Positions 60,880-64,000 of a DNA stretch of 64,000 nucleotides are shown here, in pieces. Below the pieces are notes generated by a model. The model was given only the letters and a program-made list of their open reading frames with translations. It searched no databases and was not told where the DNA came from. Each line of letters opens with the position of its first letter. The first letter of the stretch is position 1. Source of the stretch: Hypanus sabinus (Eukaryota); NCBI RefSeq assembly GCF_030144855.1, contig NC_082712.1, positions 89,900,001 through 89,964,000 on the forward strand, written 5' to 3'. A program made the translations under genes and the position numbers.

Positions 60880-63800
60880 ATTTTTGTATTGTGATTTTAA
60901 GTAGTTGGAAATCAATACCAGACTGCGTGAAGCAAAGGACATGAAAAACGGGAAAGGTTCAGATCCTAATGGAAAAACAGATGGTGATGCGAAGCTAAAT
61001 CTCCTTTAACTTTTGAAGCGATATGGAACCTTCCAGATGATAAACTTACTCAAAAATTTGCCATGTTCGAGGGAGTTTTCAAGGTGGTTGAGGATAATTT
61101 TAGATTGCTTACACGTGAATTTGAACTACAGCAAGCAACAATTTCAGAACTTGATGAAGGTGCTCGGCAAAGAGACAGAAAGATTACAACTCTGGAACAA
61201 AATTTAGCTTTGATGTCTCAACAGCTGGATTGTTATAAATTTAAAGTTAGTGACCTTGAAAATCGATCTTGGACAGAATCTATGGATAATCGGTCTCCCT
61301 GAAGATGTTGAGGAGGATGACCCTATCAAGTTCTTTTCTCAATTTTTATTCAATGTGTTTGGCACAGAAGTTTTGAATGATCCTCCATTAATCGACAGGG
61401 TCCATCATATGCCATGTCCAATATCTTCTAAACCATGAGCAGTTATTGTTCATCTCCATTATGTTCATATCAAGGAGCATTTGATACATTTTGCTCGGGG
61501 GAAAGGCATGTTCAAATTTAAAGGTTTCAAATTCTGCTTCATTGAAGATTTCAGCCCCAAGGTTCTAAAGGAAGGGATGGCATTTAAACCACTGATGTCG
61601 GAATTTTTTCGAATGGGTCTCAGACCATTCCTGATGTTCCCTGCCCGACTAAGAATCCTCCACTTTGATAATTCCCGTTGTCTCTTTAAGTCATTAAATG
61701 AAGCTCAAAAATTTCTCGACTAACAAACTTCCTCTGTTACAACCTAAATAAGGTTCCGCTTTTTTATTGGTTTTAACTTAATTTTTTAAGCTATTTACCG
61801 GCTTACTGATCTGGTGAGTTAGAATGTGAGGGTTCTCTTTTTTGGTTTGTACTGTAGGTATTTTTAGTATTTCTAGATTAACTTTTCTGTTCCCTTTTCG
61901 GATTGTTTTTTTTTTTATTTTCTGAAACTATTTAGTAGATGTTTTGGTGTTTGATTTCTTTTTTTTTTGAACGAAGATGGACTCACTCTCTCTTTTTTAC
62001 ATTTTAAGATGTCGTCCTGCTTTCTTCTTCCCATTAGACCTTACCGTGCTGCATCATTTTCAATTGTTTATGCGTGAAAATAACTATCAACATGAATTGG
62101 CATTAGTTTTCTCTTTTTTTTGTAATACTAATGTTTTAGTACTCTGTTTTATGTGTTAAACCTTTTTTTAAATCACAGTAAGTTTATTTTCCTTGTTCTC
62201 TTTTTTGATAATTTTTTGTAAATTTTTTGGATTATGGGTGGCTTTTCTTTAAAAACTTTTATCTTTTGGGCTGGTATCAGGAGATATGGGGATAGATGTA
62301 GCTTTAGCTTATCTCTTGGCCAATCTCTGGCCTATTTCTGAGTTTCTGTGGGTGTGGGGAAGTGGTAATTCTTCTTTTAGATCAGATTAATTCACCTGGG
62401 CTAATTCAAAACTACTAAAATGTCCGATATGTTGTAACTTCTGGGTCCTCCTTGAACCTTTCTTCCTCTTCCAGATTCATGAATTTGTATTCTGGTTAAC
62501 ACTTTATGTACCATATTACAGGTTTTACTATGATGGATAAGATTATTAATTTTGTTTTGTTTAAACCATCCGACTAAATGGAAAAAAATTCAAAGTATTC
62601 CATAGAATGAATGCCCATATTATATTTGCACAAGAAAACTCATGTGAGGAAGGAGGATAATCAGCATTTTTTTTAAGTTTTGGAAAGAATAACAATGCCA
62701 TTCGAATTCTCAGGCTAAAGTGAAATGAGTTTCTATTTTTATAGATTCTTCGATTTCATTTGTTCACTACGAAACAATTTCGGATCTGAATGGTAGATTT
62801 TTGTTAAATACTGGCCTAGTCTGTAACATAAAAGTGGTTATGGTTAATTTTTATGCTCTAAATGTTGGCTATCCTGAAATTTTAAACACTTATTTACATC
62901 CCTTCCCAATTTAAATGACAATATGTTGATAATGGGTGTAGATTTTAATTGTTGTTTAAATCCTTCAATGGATAGATCTAACTCTAATCAGGCACTTCTG
63001 AATACATTGGCTACAATTATTAATTCCTTTATGCTTGATTTTGGAATTTCAGACATTTGGAGGTTTTACATCAAAAGAACTTTTCATTTTTTTCCCATGT
63101 ATACCACAGTTGGCAGCTTTAGTTATTCTTGCTTCTGAAGTCTTTAGAGTCACTTCGTGTGAACCCCACACAGACACAGATGGACAGAGCCCCTTCTAGG
63201 GAACGGTCTGCTAACCCACGGCACGGGTTCACCACCAGCAGACCCCTACAGGCAAGCTCCTACCTGCACTGGTAATCACGGTTCAAAATGAATCAGTCCG
63301 TGGCCTCCACCCTTGTGGTGGTCTTAAACTCCACCAGTGGTTTCTCGGGTAGCTACCACAATTCTCCCATGTGGTGTCTCCTCTGCCGTTATCAGACCAA
63401 AAGCCTCAACTTTTTATAACCCATTCAAAATTCCAGCCGTCCGTTAGTTCAACTGCTCTGAGCTGTTACCATGGTGACTTCGCAGCTCGTGTCTCAGCTG
63501 GTGCCGTACTCTCTCTCTCTCTCTCTCTCTCAAGGTCACAATTAAAAGTGTTATCAAAACCAAGTCAGAGTCCTCTCTCTCTTTTAATTGCCTCCTTGTT
63601 CATTAGACTGCTGAATTTTCTAGCAGTTTCTCACCTGCGTGATACTGTGGACAGATTATCTCATATTCTGCTGAACTGAAAAAACGAACTAATAAAGGGA
63701 CTTGTATGTTGGTTGATAAGATTAAAGCAATCGACAGGAAATATTCTATTGCTCAGAGTCCGGAGCTTTATAAAAAGAGGGTCGAACTTCAAATGGAGCA

Positions 63801-64000
63801 CAGTTTACTTTTACCATCCTTGATTGAAAATCAATTAATTAAATCTAGGAGTCAATTTTATTAACATGGTGAGTAAATCTGGTAAACTATTGGCTAGTCA
63901 ATTGAAATCTGCTTCGCTTAAACATCATATTATCAAAATTCGTAAATGAGATGGAATTATGACGGTTGAGCATGATGAGATAAACAAATCTTTTCAAGAA
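60880..64000 (+). mobile_element. L1-clade LINE 5' portion (ORF1 about 60940-61723, ORF2 endonuclease from about 62530), cut by the window end
   Basis: LWIIGLPEDVE, PLIDRVH, EDFSPKV; IMGVDFNCCLNPSMDRS; KSGKLLASQLK-like peptide near 63880. Confidence 0.85.
63100..63680. mobile_element. LTR-like fragment inserted in or replacing part of the L1 ORF2
   Basis: cttgcttctgaagtctttagagtcac resembles the LTR at about 31930-31960; CT-rich tract. Boundaries approximate. Confidence 0.4.

Overview
This is vertebrate genomic DNA, most likely from a cartilaginous fish (ray/shark-type repeat content; this assignment is inference). Most of the window is transposon debris: CR1, L1, Penelope-like, two Ty3/Gypsy clades, hAT and SINEs. 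Embedded in it is a minus-strand cluster of immunoglobulin-superfamily (IgSF) receptor exons. (1) An apparently intact 5-exon gene at 28742-22670 (leader, two PILR/Siglec-like V domains, an Arg-containing transmembrane (TM) exon, a short tyrosine-free tail; 330 aa) looks like an activating receptor. (2) A frameshifted paralogue begins at 1301 and runs off the window start. (3) A different VJ-type V exon (NCR3/TMIGD2-like, 56037-55663) has its own uncharged TM exon (55339-55238). (4) Two intact 'orphan' Arg-TM + tail modules (53.9-53.3 kb and 50.25-49.6 kb) and one broken fragment lie downstream of gene 3 with no V exon of their own. The window is largely a tandem segmental duplication (1-23.46 kb vs 27.02-50.43 kb) plus a smaller nested duplication (about 46-51.1 kb vs 51.56-54.76 kb). 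Each copy carries its own TE insertions, and the empty sites are visible in the other copy. All receptor exons are phase 1, so ectodomains and anchors could be spliced interchangeably. This is the most interesting hypothesis here, but it is untested: no expression data or database searches were available, and family names come from recalled motif similarity.
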